The notes: generated from the letters alone by a model not told the origin. Shown: positions 50,261-61,934, counted from the stretch's first letter. The stretch is DNA of 64,000 nucleotides from an uncultured Clostridia bacterium (GCA_947584595.1 CANPWP010000005.1:4350-68349), one strand, 5' to 3'. Numbers and translations are program-made.

Positions 50261-50320
50261 AAAAAAGCGATCGAGGTTTAAAGGACAAAAAACCTTTGCT
50301 TCCGTCATTGACGAAAAATC
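50261..50320 (+). repeat. degenerate, 5'-truncated family B element
   Basis: AAAAAAGCGATCGAGGTTTAAAGGAC...CCTTTG aligns with 55141-55200. Confidence 0.6.
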
Positions 50321-50346
50321 CGATTAATAAAAGATTTGGTGATATT

Positions 50347-51714
50347 ATGAAAAGCTCTGCAATAGCCGCAATAAGTACTGCACAGGGCGAGGGCGGTATC
50401 GGTATTATAAGAATTTCCGGCGATGATGCGCTTGTAATAGCCGATAAGGTATTTAAATGTGCAGAAAATAAAAAACTCTCTGATTTAGAGGGATATAGAG
50501 CGTCTTTTGGTTATGTTGAAAAGGACGGAGAAAAAATAGACGAAGCGATTGCCCTTGTTTTTAGAGCGCCCCATAGCTATACAGGAGAAGATGTAGTCGA
50601 AATTTCCTGCCACGGCGGACTTTTTATTACTAAAAAGGTATTGAGAACTGTTCTGGAGGCGGGTGCGACTCCTGCACAGGCAGGCGAATTTACAAAAAGA
50701 GCTTTTTTAAACGGAAAAATAGATTTGGCAAAGGCTGAATCTGTTATGGATATAATTAAAGCAAAAAACGAAAGTGCCGCAAGAGCCGCATTGGTTACTA
50801 AAGACGGCGCATTAAGCAAGAAAATAAATGAAATTAAAGACGATTTAATCAACAAAGCGGCGCATCTTTCTGCTTGGGCTGATTATCCCGAAGAGGATAT
50901 TCCCGAAGTTACGGAGAATTCCCTGCAATCTTCTTTAAAGAATGCAGAAGAAAAATTAACTCATCTGCTTTCAACATACGATATCGGGCAGACTGTTAAA
51001 GAGGGTATAGATACCGTAATTGCAGGCAGACCTAATGTAGGAAAATCAACCTTGATGAATTTGCTGACAGGCTCAGAAAAAAGCATTGTTACGGAAATTC
51101 CCGGAACAACAAGAGATATTATTGAAGAAACAGTCGCTTTGGGAAATGTAATATTAAGATTAAGCGATACGGCAGGAATAAGAGATACAGATAACACGGT
51201 AGAAAAAATCGGAGTAGAAAAAGCAAAAAGGAGACTTTTAAATTGCGGACTTGTACTTGCTGTTTTTGACAGCAGTTCGCCTTTGAACAAAGATGACAAA
51301 GAGCTCATTGAAATTATTAAAAGCGTGCCTGCCGTTGCAATAATAAATAAAAGTGATTTACAGCGTAATATAGATGGCAGTTATATTGAAAACAAAATTA
51401 AGCACACTGTTTATATTTCTGCCTCTAACGGCGAGGGGTTAAAGAATTTAATTGATGTCATTGAAGAAATTGCAGGTACATCAAGTTTTAATCCCAGCGA
51501 AGGTATCCTCTCTAACGAAAGACAGAGAGATGCCGCAAACAATGCGTTAAATTCTGTTAAAGAGGCAAAAGAAGCATTAAATTTAGGAATGACTTTTGAC
51601 GCTGTTACAGTTTCCTTAGAGGATGCGATAAGCAGTCTTTTGGAATTAACAGGAGAAAGAGCAAGCGATGAAATAGTTGATAAGGTTTTCCACAATTTTT
51701 GTGTAGGTAAATAA
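50347..51714 (+). CDS. mnmE: tRNA modification GTPase MnmE
   Basis: IAAISTA, SYTGEDVVEISCHGG, GRPNVGKST, DTAGIR, C-terminal FCVGK; start moved to ATG 50347. Confidence 0.97.
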   Translation: MKSSAIAAISTAQGEGGIGIIRISGDDALVIADKVFKCAENKKLSDLEGYRASFGYVEKDGEKIDEAIALVFRAPHSYTGEDVVEISCHGGLFITKKVLRTVLEAGATPAQAGEFTKRAFLNGKIDLAKAESVMDIIKAKNESAARAALVTKDGALSKKINEIKDDLINKAAHLSAWADYPEEDIPEVTENSLQSSLKNAEEKLTHLLSTYDIGQTVKEGIDTVIAGRPNVGKSTLMNLLTGSEKSIVTEIPGTTRDIIEETVALGNVILRLSDTAGIRDTDNTVEKIGVEKAKRRLLNCGLVLAVFDSSSPLNKDDKELIEIIKSVPAVAIINKSDLQRNIDGSYIENKIKHTVYISASNGEGLKNLIDVIEEIAGTSSFNPSEGILSNERQRDAANNALNSVKEAKEALNLGMTFDAVTVSLEDAISSLLELTGERASDEIVDKVFHNFCVGK

Positions 51715-51790
51715 TGTGCTGAAAACTTTTCGTATAATTGCAGACTCATTCTGACTTAGGGGTTTAAAATGAACTTTTTAGGTTATGTTC

Positions 51791-52384
51791 GGCTCCCTCT
51801 CTGACGAGAAATTCCCCTGCAATGGAAAAACAAAAAAGGCTCCCTCTGACGAGGGAGCTGTCAAAGCGTTAGCTTTGACTGAGGGAGAGATATTAAATAA
51901 TTTAAAGTTTTTTAAATAATAATTGTAATATTTAAAGCGTTTTCTCTCCCTCCGACTGCGGCTTCGCCGCAGCCACCTCCATCGTCAGAGGGAGTCATAT
52001 GTTACAGAAATGTTTTTTGTATAATAAAAGGCTCCCCTTAAGGGGAGCTGTCAGCGTAAGCTGACTGAGGGGTGCATAACTGAACATTTCTACCCTTCCG
52101 TCACGACTCCGTCGTGACACCTTCCCTGTTAGGGAAGGCTTCTCAAATGTTTTGCTTTAATCTAACCTTTTCCTAAGTTGATGACATTGCCTGCAATGGG
52201 AAATGTCATGAAGAGACAAAAGGGTTGCCGTTTTAGCAGAAAAAGCTGTAAAAGCGTTAGCTTTGACTGAGGGAGAGATATTTAATAATATAAACTTTTT
52301 TAAATAAACATTGTAATATTTAATGCGTTTTCTCTCCCTCCGACTGGGGCTTCGCCGCAGCCACCTCCCTCGTCAGAGGGAGGC
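51791..52384. mobile_element. nested cluster of family A elements (non-autonomous, MITE/REPIN-like)
   Basis: The outer A element (51791-51825 plus 52190-52384) is interrupted by A1 (51838-51994) and A2+tail (52030-52189); CCTGCAATGG is duplicated at 51816-51825 and 52190-52199. Confidence 0.75.
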
Positions 52385-52491
52385 AGACTTATTCAAAAAA
52401 GTTCATTTTAAATATTTAGTCTTTATAAAACAGCAGGATAATCTATAACAATAAGATAAGAAAATTAAAACTTTTAATAAGGAAGATTATA

Positions 52492-54360
52492 ATGATTGAG
52501 TATGAAGCCGGAAAATATGATATTGCAGTAATCGGCGCAGGACACGCAGGAATAGAAGCCGCTCTTGCAAGTGCAAGACTTGGGTGTAATACTGCAATTT
52601 TTACGATAAATATGGACGCTGTGGGTAACTGCCCCTGTAACCCGTCAATCGGCGGAACTGCTAAAGGTCATCTTGTAAGAGAAGTTGACGCTCTCGGCGG
52701 AGAAATGGGAAAAACGGCAGACGAATGTTTTTTGCAGATGAGAATGTTAAACAGGGGAAAAGGGCCTGCCGTTCATTCTCTGAGAGCGCAAATCGACAGA
52801 AGAAAATATGCCGATACTATGAAGAAGAAACTTGAGTTGCAGGATAATCTTCATCTTCGTCAGGCGGAAATAGTTGATATTTTTCAAAACAATGACGGCT
52901 GGACATTAAAAACAAGAATGAACGCTCTATATGAGGTCAAAGCCGTAATTATTGCAACGGGTACATATTTAGGAGGAAAAATCTTTGTGGGAGAAGTTTC
53001 ATATGAAAGCGGTCCTGACGGAATTTTCCCTGCAACATTTTTAGGCAAAAAGCTTAAAGAGCTGGGACTTCCCATAAGACGGTTTAAAACAGGTACTCCT
53101 GCAAGAGTATTAAGAAGAAGTATTGATTTTTCCGAGCTTGAAGTCCAAAAAGGCGATGAACCGCCAGTTCCTTTCTCCTATGATACAAAAAATTTAGGCG
53201 AAAATAAGGTAGACTGTCATATCAGCTGGACTAACGAGAAAACTAAAGAAATTATTCTTGAAAATATCCACCGCTCACCTTTATACGGCGGAAAAATTGA
53301 GGGCGTAGGCCCCAGATACTGCCCCAGTTTGGAGGATAAAATCGTAAGATTTAAAGATAAACCTCGTCATCAGCTTTTTATTGAGCCCTGCGGACTTAAT
53401 ACTGAAGAAATGTATCTTCAGGGAATGTCGTCATCATTGCCTGAGGAAGTTCAGCTAAAGTTTTACCATACAATAAAAGGTCTTGAAAATGCAGTAATTA
53501 TGCGGCCTGCCTATGCAATTGAATATGATTGTATCGACCCTCTTGCACTTAAGGCGACGCTTGAATTTAAAGATTTTCCCAACCTTTACGGAGCAGGTCA
53601 GTTTAACGGCAGCAGCGGTTATGAAGAAGCCGCCGCACAGGGTCTTATTGCGGGAATAAACGCCGCTTTAAAGGTTAAGGGCAAAGAGCCTTTAATTCTT
53701 GACAGGGCAAGTTCATATATTGGCACTTTAATTGACGATTTAGTAACCAAAGGTGCTAACGAGCCCTATAGAATGATGACCTCAAGAAGTGAGTACAGAC
53801 TTATTCTAAGGCAGGATAATGCAGATATTCGTTTAACTCCCATAGGTCACGAAATAGGTCTTATAACGGAGGACAGATGGAAAAGATTTTTAGAAAAGCA
53901 GGAACTTAAGAAGCAGGAGTATAACAGAGTTAAGAAAACCGTTATACCTCCCACAGAACAGGTCAATAAAATTCTAAAAGATAACGGAACAACCGAAATT
54001 ACAACAGGTACAAGACTAATAGAACTTTTAAAAAGACCTCAGCTAAACTATGAATGTTTAAAAGAAATCGATACAGACAGACCGAACCTTGACCCGAATA
54101 TTTTTGAACAGGTGGAAATTGAAATAAAATATGAGGGTTATATAAACAAACAGCTAAAACAGGTTGAGCAAATGAGAAAGCTTGAAAATAAAAAGCTGCC
54201 CCTTGATACAGATTATAAAAGTATAATGGGACTAAGACTTGAAGCAAGAGAAAAGCTTGATATAATCAAGCCTGTAAGCATAGGTCAGGCTTCAAGAATT
54301 TCAGGCGTTTCTCCTGCCGATGTAAGCGTTCTTCTTATCTGGCTTGCAAGAAATAAATAA
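52492..54360 (+). CDS. mnmG: tRNA uridine-5-carboxymethylaminomethyl modification enzyme MnmG (GidA)
   Basis: [40 protein letters not shown]. Confidence 0.98.
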   Translation: MIEYEAGKYDIAVIGAGHAGIEAALASARLGCNTAIFTINMDAVGNCPCNPSIGGTAKGHLVREVDALGGEMGKTADECFLQMRMLNRGKGPAVHSLRAQIDRRKYADTMKKKLELQDNLHLRQAEIVDIFQNNDGWTLKTRMNALYEVKAVIIATGTYLGGKIFVGEVSYESGPDGIFPATFLGKKLKELGLPIRRFKTGTPARVLRRSIDFSELEVQKGDEPPVPFSYDTKNLGENKVDCHISWTNEKTKEIILENIHRSPLYGGKIEGVGPRYCPSLEDKIVRFKDKPRHQLFIEPCGLNTEEMYLQGMSSSLPEEVQLKFYHTIKGLENAVIMRPAYAIEYDCIDPLALKATLEFKDFPNLYGAGQFNGSSGYEEAAAQGLIAGINAALKVKGKEPLILDRASSYIGTLIDDLVTKGANEPYRMMTSRSEYRLILRQDNADIRLTPIGHEIGLITEDRWKRFLEKQELKKQEYNRVKKTVIPPTEQVNKILKDNGTTEITTGTRLIELLKRPQLNYECLKEIDTDRPNLDPNIFEQVEIEIKYEGYINKQLKQVEQMRKLENKKLPLDTDYKSIMGLRLEAREKLDIIKPVSIGQASRISGVSPADVSVLLIWLARNK

Positions 54361-54381
54361 GAGAGCAATTAAGGAGCAATT

Positions 54382-55089
54382 ATGATATCAACATTTTTGA
54401 AACAGGCTTTGCATAAAGCAGAAATTAATATTACCGACGAAAGCTTTAAAAAGTTTGAGCAATATTATAAACTGCTTGCAGAATGGAATAAAAAAATTAA
54501 TCTCACAGCAATAACTAAACCCGATGAAGTTGCAGTCAAACATTTTGAGGATAGTCTTTCCGTGTTAAAATATGTTGATATTAATAAAAACGCAAAAATT
54601 ATAGATATAGGAACGGGAGCAGGCTTTCCCGGTATTCCTTTAAAAATTGTAAGAGATGACTTAAACTTAACATTGCTTGACAGCTTAAGCAAAAGGCTTG
54701 TGTTCTTGCAAGATGTTTGTAATGAGCTTAATATTTCTACACAAACTCTTCATAGCAGAGCCGAAGAAGCCTCAAAAAAAGCTGAATACAGAGAAAAATA
54801 CGACTTTGCTTTTTCCCGAGCAGTTGCACAGCTTAATATTTTAAGTGAACTTTGTTTGCCTTATGTAAAAAAAGGCGGTTATTTTGTAGCAATGAAAGGT
54901 CCTGATGCAGGGAAAGAATTAAAAAATGCAGAAACCGCAATTACAGTTTTAGGCGGAAAAGTAAAAAGAATAGAAGAATTTAAATTATCGGATAACAGCG
55001 GAAGAACATTAATAATAATTGAAAAAATAAAAAATACCCCTGAAAAATACCCCAGACACGGCTCTAAATTAAAAACAAGACCGTTGTAA
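54382..55089 (+). CDS. rsmG: 16S rRNA G527 methyltransferase RsmG (GidB)
   Basis: NLTAI, KHFEDSL, DIGTGAGFPG, SRAVA, YPR. Confidence 0.97.
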   Translation: MISTFLKQALHKAEINITDESFKKFEQYYKLLAEWNKKINLTAITKPDEVAVKHFEDSLSVLKYVDINKNAKIIDIGTGAGFPGIPLKIVRDDLNLTLLDSLSKRLVFLQDVCNELNISTQTLHSRAEEASKKAEYREKYDFAFSRAVAQLNILSELCLPYVKKGGYFVAMKGPDAGKELKNAETAITVLGGKVKRIEEFKLSDNSGRTLIIIEKIKNTPEKYPRHGSKLKTRPL

Positions 55090-55116
55090 AAATTAAAAAG
55101 CTGTTGTTAAAAAAGC

Positions 55117-55200
55117 AAAAGTTTTTGCGTCGCTTTTTTCAAAAAGCGACCGAGGATCAAAGGGCGAGGAGCCCTTTGTCGCGGTCGGTCACCGCGAAAC
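55117..55200 (+). repeat. family B three-hairpin element
   Basis: Hairpins CGCTTTTT/AAAAAGCG, AAAGGGC/GCCCTTT and TCGCGGT/ACCGCGA. Confidence 0.85.
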
Positions 55201-55369
55201 CTGTTAATTAAAAAAATTACCGAAAGACCCCTTGTCGCGGTCGGTGACCACGAAATCTGTTAATTAAAAAAATTACCGAAAGACCCTTTGTCGCGGTCGG
55301 TGACCGTGAAATCTATTAATTAATAATATTACAGAAAAACCCTTTGTTGCGGTCGGTGACCACAAAATT
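55172..55369 (+). repeat. 56-bp-period tandem repeat, about 3.5 units
   Basis: Units start at 55172, 55228, 55284 and 55340; consensus CCCTTTGTCGCGGTCGGTGACCGCGAAATCTGTTAATTAAAAAAATTACCGAAAGA. Confidence 0.92.
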
Positions 55370-55391
55370 TCATAAAATAATGAAAAAACGC

Positions 55392-55427
55392 AAAAAAGCT
55401 GACACTGTATAACACAATGTCAGCTTT
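55392..55427 (-). terminator. guaB terminator (possibly bidirectional)
   Basis: AAAGCTGACA/TGTCAGCTTT stem flanked by A and T runs. Confidence 0.8.
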
Positions 55428-55487
55428 AATTTATGCTGTTTATTAATATATATGATTATTTTATATTGATTATATTATATAACTATA

Positions 55488-57020
<1,533 letters not shown>

Positions 57021-57064
57021 TTAGTCTGAAATCAGTATAGAATAATCCACTATATTTAACTTTT

Positions 57065-57093
57065 ATTATAACAAAGAGGCTTATGGTTTGCAA
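57065..57093 (-). promoter_or_regulatory. sigma-A promoter of guaB
   Basis: TTGCAA-17-TATAAT. Confidence 0.8.
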
Positions 57094-57205
57094 CATTTAT
57101 TTTTAAATTTTTTGGAAAAATACAAAGATATTATTGACTTTATATTAAATTAATAATAAAATTTATGTGTATTTATTTTTAAGAGAAAAATATATGGAGT
57201 TAAAA

Positions 57206-57919
57206 ATGGAACGGAAAATAATATCAATATTGTTAATTTTATGCTTTATATTCATTTTTGCAGGCTGTTCGGATGATGCCTCAAAAGAGCAAAACAGCAC
57301 AAATAATACGGAAGGAACTACTTCATCTCAGACTAAAGGTGACAATCGTCTGATAGGAACGTGGCAGATCGTAAATGAAAATGGTGAAAATCACACGCTG
57401 TTTTCTTATGTTTTTAAGGATGAAAAAACCGCTATAATGGCGATGGGAAATGTAGCCTATTGTTCAGAGCTGAAATTAGAAAAAAACAAAGAAGGTAAAG
57501 ATACCCTGTTTGCAAAGCTATATTATAATATAAACGGTACATATATTTATGAAATATCTGATGACGGAAAGATATTGACCTTAACAGAAGACGGAGTTGA
57601 AAACAGCGAAAAAGTGGTATTGAATAAGGTTGCAGACTATCAGTTTATGCCTGATCCTCCGAAAAATCCCAAAATTGATAAAAGGCTTATCGGTACATGG
57701 AAAGATAAGGAAGGCTCAGGTATTACATATACGTTTAACGAAAACGGAACTATGGAAAACAACAGCCTTAATGTTATCATAACTTATGCTCAATTTTCCG
57801 CAAGCGACGGAAAAATCAGCGTTTTATATAATCAGGGAACGGATGTTGAGGATTCTTATAAATATTCCTTTGACGGAGATGTTCTGATTATCGATGGTGT
57901 TAAATTTCTAAAACAATAA
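57206..57919 (+). CDS. lipoprotein with two IGTW-type beta-domain repeats
   Basis: Lipobox FAGC; DNRLIGTW and DKRLIGTW repeats; start ATG 57206 with GGAG SD. Confidence 0.75.
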   Translation: MERKIISILLILCFIFIFAGCSDDASKEQNSTNNTEGTTSSQTKGDNRLIGTWQIVNENGENHTLFSYVFKDEKTAIMAMGNVAYCSELKLEKNKEGKDTLFAKLYYNINGTYIYEISDDGKILTLTEDGVENSEKVVLNKVADYQFMPDPPKNPKIDKRLIGTWKDKEGSGITYTFNENGTMENNSLNVIITYAQFSASDGKISVLYNQGTDVEDSYKYSFDGDVLIIDGVKFLKQ

Positions 57920-57937
57920 AAATGGGGTAAAAAGAAA

Positions 57938-58585
57938 ATGATAATTAATCAGATTTTACAAAACATTGCAACTACAGCTGTCGTTATTTCAATGATAGCT
58001 GCTCTTGCCGTAGGTTTTTTCGGTTACAAATTAAAACGGGTGTTTGCGGCCATATGCGGTTTTGCAATCGGCTCGGTTTTAGGAGCAATAGTTACTGCAA
58101 TAGTTTGTCCGAAAGTTGAATATTTTTTAACGATATTATTGGTAGTTGCCTTAATTACAGGAATTATCGGGGCTATAGTCAGCTTTAAATTTTATAAGGT
58201 TGGAGTTTTTATCTATATGTTTTCAACGACCTTTACAATGGTTTACAGCCTGTTAGATACGATAATTGCAAAAAGTGCTTTGCCGGCAGGAGACGACGTA
58301 TCGTTATTAACAGCCAATATAACAAGCGGTAATTTTTCAAATATAAATTGGGGAATTGTAATTGCTTCTTTTGCAGTTTCGATTATTATCGGAGTTATAA
58401 CGGTTATTTATATCAGAAATATTATGATAGTTGTAACGGCAATCAGCGGAGGAATTAATTTTTCAACAGGATTGCTTGTCAATATAATTAAATTTAATAA
58501 TCTTTTTGTTATTCTGCTTGTTGCGGCGGCAGTTGCCGTTTTAGGAATGACGGTACAGTTTAGAACGACTAAAAAGCATTATTAA
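57938..58585 (+). CDS. polytopic membrane protein (DUF4203-like)
   Basis: GFFGYKLKR and FKFYKVG motifs; about six Gly-rich TMs. Confidence 0.65.
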   Translation: MIINQILQNIATTAVVISMIAALAVGFFGYKLKRVFAAICGFAIGSVLGAIVTAIVCPKVEYFLTILLVVALITGIIGAIVSFKFYKVGVFIYMFSTTFTMVYSLLDTIIAKSALPAGDDVSLLTANITSGNFSNINWGIVIASFAVSIIIGVITVIYIRNIMIVVTAISGGINFSTGLLVNIIKFNNLFVILLVAAAVAVLGMTVQFRTTKKHY

Positions 58586-58600
58586 TAAGTAAATACGAAA

Positions 58601-58643
58601 AAATGTATGGCTGACAGATAAATTTCTGCCAGCCATTTTATTT
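58601..58643. terminator. bidirectional terminator
   Basis: ATGGCTGACAGA/TCTGCCAGCCAT stem with A and T runs, between convergent genes. Confidence 0.7.
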
Positions 58644-58656
58644 GGGTTTTTTTTAA

Positions 58657-58672
58657 TGTTTCACGTGAAACG
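58657..58672. promoter_or_regulatory. parS site (15/16 match)
   Basis: TGTTTCACGTGAAACG. Confidence 0.9.
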
Positions 58673-58685
58673 TTTTTATAAGGAG

Positions 58686-58762
58686 GGTTTGCCGTCACAG
58701 ACGGCGATAAAGGGCTTCGCCATTTAAACCTACGAGCTTTTGAAAAAGTTTGACCAAAACCT
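58686..58762 (-). repeat. family B three-hairpin element
   Basis: Reverse complement GTTTTGGTCAAACTTTTTCAAAAGCTCG...GCCCTTTATCGCCGTCTGTGACGGCAAAC aligns with the other copies. Confidence 0.8.
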
Positions 58763-58814
58763 CTATTTTTCTCCAATCGGAACATTAAGTTATTATATAA
58801 CTCTATTGATATAT

Positions 58815-60095
58815 TTACGCTTTAATTATTGTTTTTCCGCCCATGTATGGCTGTAAAGCAACGGGTATATTTACCGAGCCGTCTTCGTTAAGGTTGTTTT
58901 CAAGAAAAGCAATTAACATTCTTGGTGGGGCAACTACTGTGTTGTTAAGCGTATGCGCAAAGTATTTTCCGTCTTTGCCTGCAACTCTGATTTTAAGTCG
59001 CCTTGCCTGAGCGTCGCCTAAATTAGAGCATGAACCTACCTCAAAGTATTTTTTCTGTCTTGGCGACCATGCTTCAACGTCTATTGAGCGTACCTTTAAA
59101 TCTGCCAAATCTCCCGAGCAACATTCAAGCGTCCTTACGGGAATATCAAGTGTACGGAATAAATCTACTGTATTTTGCCAGAGTTTATCAAACCACATTT
59201 TGCTGTCTTCAGGCTTGCAGACAACTATCATTTCCTGCTTTTCAAACTGATGGATTCTGTAAACGCCTCTCTCTTCAATGCCGTGAGCGCCTTTTTCTTT
59301 TCTGAAGCAAGGTGAATAGCTTGTTAATGTCTGGGGCAGATTATCTTCCTTAATAATAGTATCGATGAATTTACCTATCATTGAGTGTTCGCTTGTGCCG
59401 ATTAAGTAAAGGTCTTCGCCCTCTATTTTGTACATCATGGCTTCCATTTCGTTAAAGCTCATAACACCGTCAACAACATTTCCTCTTATCATATAAGGTG
59501 GAATACAGTATGTGAAGCCTCGGTCTATCATAAAATCCCTTGCATAAGAAATTACTGCACTGTGAAGTCTTGCGATATCACCCATTAAGTAATAAAAACC
59601 GTTGCCTGCAACCTTTCTTGCACTGTCAAGGTCAAGTCCGTTAAGTTTCTCCATAATTTCTGTGTGATAGGGAATCTCAAAATCAGGAACAATTGGCTCA
59701 CCGAAACGCTCAACCTCAACATTTTCACTGTCGTCCTTGCCGATTGGCACACAATCGTCAATGATGTTTGGTATTTTCATCATTATTTTTTTAATTTCCT
59801 CGCCAAACAATGTTTCTTTTTCTTCAAGGTCAGCAAGCTGTTGGCTTTGCTCTGTTACTTGTTTTTTCATTTCTTCGGCTTCTTCTTTTTTTCCCTGAGC
59901 CATAAGACCGCCGATTTGCTTTGAAAATTTGTTTCTGTTTGCTCTTAATTCATCTGCTTTTCTTTTGGCAGTTCTGCTCTGCTCGTCAAGTCGGATGACC
60001 TCATCTACAAGCGCTATTTTTTCATCCTGATACTTTTTTCTTATATTTTCTTTTACAATATCGGGGTTTTCTCTTAAAAACTTTATATCAATCAT
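58815..60095 (-). CDS. serS: seryl-tRNA synthetase
   Basis: MIDIKFLREN, YLIGTSE, FRKEKG, RIHQFEKQE, HTLNNT. Confidence 0.97.
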   Translation of the reverse strand: MIDIKFLRENPDIVKENIRKKYQDEKIALVDEVIRLDEQSRTAKRKADELRANRNKFSKQIGGLMAQGKKEEAEEMKKQVTEQSQQLADLEEKETLFGEEIKKIMMKIPNIIDDCVPIGKDDSENVEVERFGEPIVPDFEIPYHTEIMEKLNGLDLDSARKVAGNGFYYLMGDIARLHSAVISYARDFMIDRGFTYCIPPYMIRGNVVDGVMSFNEMEAMMYKIEGEDLYLIGTSEHSMIGKFIDTIIKEDNLPQTLTSYSPCFRKEKGAHGIEERGVYRIHQFEKQEMIVVCKPEDSKMWFDKLWQNTVDLFRTLDIPVRTLECCSGDLADLKVRSIDVEAWSPRQKKYFEVGSCSNLGDAQARRLKIRVAGKDGKYFAHTLNNTVVAPPRMLIAFLENNLNEDGSVNIPVALQPYMGGKTIIKA

Positions 60096-60107
60096 AATTT
60101 TCTCCTT

Positions 60108-60977
60108 TTATTTTTTATCTTCTAATTTATTTGCAAGCTCTTTTAACTCTTCGTCAGAGTAAAATTCAATTTGTAATATTCCGCCTTTTTTATTTTTAAG
60201 GGGAGAGACCGAAACCTTTTTTCCTAAATATTCTGTTAAAGCAAGCTCAACCTCGCTGAAATAAGAAATTTTAGGTACTGGTTTTTGTGTAGCAGATGTA
60301 TTCTTTTTAGTTTGCTGTATTTTTTTGCTTAAGGCTTCTGCCTGACGAACAGATAAATCACGTTTTTCAATCTCTTTTGCCAGAAACAGTCTGTCCTCTT
60401 CATCTTCAAGAGAAAGGATTGCTCTTGCGTGACCTGCGCTGATTGCTCCTGAAGATACCATATCTAAAATATCTTGCGGAAGTTTTAAGAGCCTTAAAGA
60501 GTTTGCAACGGCACTTCTTGATTTTCCCACAGCTTTGGAAACTTCGTCCTGAGAAAAATCGTACTCGTCCATTAATGCTTTATATCCTTGTGCCTCTTCA
60601 ATTGCGGTTAGATTTTCCCTTTGCAGATTTTCAATCAACGCAAGCTCCATTGTTTCACTTTCGGAAAGTTCTCTGATGATGACGGGAATTTCAGAAAGGC
60701 CTGCCATACGGCTGGCTCTGTATCTGCGCTCGCCTGCAACAATTTGATATCCGCCGCCAATTAAAGGTCGTACCAAAATCGGCTGTAAAAGTCCGTGCTT
60801 TGAAATGCTTTCTGCAAGCTCTGCTAAAGCAGATTCATCAAAATCGTGCCTCGGCTGGTCTTTGTTCGGTTCAATTTCAGAAAGTCTTAAAGTTACGGTA
60901 CTGTTTTTATCTTCCGATTCATTTTCCATAAAAATGGCATTCAGGCCTTTTCCTAAACCGCCTAATTTTTTAGCCAT
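60108..60977 (-). CDS. parB: chromosome partitioning CTPase ParB (Spo0J)
   Basis: LGKGLNA, AGERRYRAS, IENLQRENL, HTH GKSRSAVANSLRLL...AGHAR (ParB-type R and G). Confidence 0.96.
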   Translation of the reverse strand: MAKKLGGLGKGLNAIFMENESEDKNSTVTLRLSEIEPNKDQPRHDFDESALAELAESISKHGLLQPILVRPLIGGGYQIVAGERRYRASRMAGLSEIPVIIRELSESETMELALIENLQRENLTAIEEAQGYKALMDEYDFSQDEVSKAVGKSRSAVANSLRLLKLPQDILDMVSSGAISAGHARAILSLEDEEDRLFLAKEIEKRDLSVRQAEALSKKIQQTKKNTSATQKPVPKISYFSEVELALTEYLGKKVSVSPLKNKKGGILQIEFYSDEELKELANKLEDKK

Positions 60978-61743
60978 ACAGACGCTCCTTTTCTATAATT
61001 TCCTGTGCAAGCGATGTATAAGACAGCGAGCCTTTACAGGATTTATCGTAGTAAATTACGGGCATACCAAAGCTCGGAGCTTCGGAAAGGCGAACTCCTC
61101 TCGGTATAACCGTTTTAAAAACCTTTCTGGGGAAAAACTTTTTAACCTCTTGAACTACCTGTTGAGTAAGGTTAAGCCTTGCGTCAAACATAGTGAGCAA
61201 GACGCCCTCAATTTCAAGAGAGGAATTATACATTCTCTTAACACGTCTTACGGAATTCATAAGTTGAGAAAGTCCCTCCAATGCATAATATTCACACTGA
61301 ATGGGAACTAAAATTGAATCCGCAAATGTCAATGCGTTTGTTGTTATAAGCCCTAACGAGGGAGGGCAGTCGATTATAATATAGTCATAATTTTGCTTTA
61401 CAGGCAGAACACCGCTTTTTAGTCTTTGCTCTCTGTGGGGCAAGTCTGCAATCTCCAATTCTGCCGCCGCAAGGTCTAAATTTGAGGGCAAAATATGCAG
61501 GTTTTCATAGACTGTAGCAATAATACATTGTTCAGCTTTAGCTCCGTCAACAAGGAGATTATAACTTGAAAACTGAATTTTTCTTTTATCTATTGCAACA
61601 CCGCTGGTGGCATTACCCTGAGGATCAATGTCTATAAGCAGGGTTCTTTTTCCCAAAGCGCCTAAACAAGCGGCAAGATTTACAGATGTTGTAGTTTTAC
61701 CTACACCGCCCTTTTGGTTGGCAACTGCAATTATCTTTGTCAA
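60970..61743 (-). CDS. parA: ParA/Soj ATPase
   Basis: NQKGGVGKTTT, DIDPQGNAT, IDCPPSLG, LSEAPSFG; TTG start. Confidence 0.97.
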   Translation of the reverse strand: MTKIIAVANQKGGVGKTTTSVNLAACLGALGKRTLLIDIDPQGNATSGVAIDKRKIQFSSYNLLVDGAKAEQCIIATVYENLHILPSNLDLAAAELEIADLPHREQRLKSGVLPVKQNYDYIIIDCPPSLGLITTNALTFADSILVPIQCEYYALEGLSQLMNSVRRVKRMYNSSLEIEGVLLTMFDARLNLTQQVVQEVKKFFPRKVFKTVIPRGVRLSEAPSFGMPVIYYDKSCKGSLSYTSLAQEIIEKERLYG

Positions 61744-61835
61744 AAAATCACCCTTTATTATAAGTTTACCTGACTATTGTATCATAATAGCAGGCAAAAT
61801 TAAAGGTGTTTTGAGAAAAAAGTTGTATTTTTGCA

Positions 61836-61926
61836 AAAAGCAGCCGGTGGGCTGCATAGATTCGGGCAGACAGACCATATATTAACAACCCTTTGTGCCT
61901 GACTGTTTCCGAGCAGTTTCCTATAA
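61836..61926 (-). repeat. family C structured element, copy 2
   Basis: Homologous to 33758-33849. Confidence 0.85.
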
Positions 61927-61934
61927 GTCAAAAA

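Noticed and set aside
50242-50346. 35-aa N-terminal extension of MnmE
   Set aside because: It runs through REP and family B repeat sequence; the conserved MnmE N-terminus starts at ATG 50347.
55172-55369. CRISPR array
   Set aside because: The apparent spacers are near-identical copies of each other, the repeat is the end of a dispersed element, and there are no cas genes in the window.
60805-61311. Long antisense ORFs over core genes (60805-61311, 26098-26580, 26912-27355, 41164-41550 and others)
   Set aside because: They are shadow frames of well-supported genes, with no SD or motifs.
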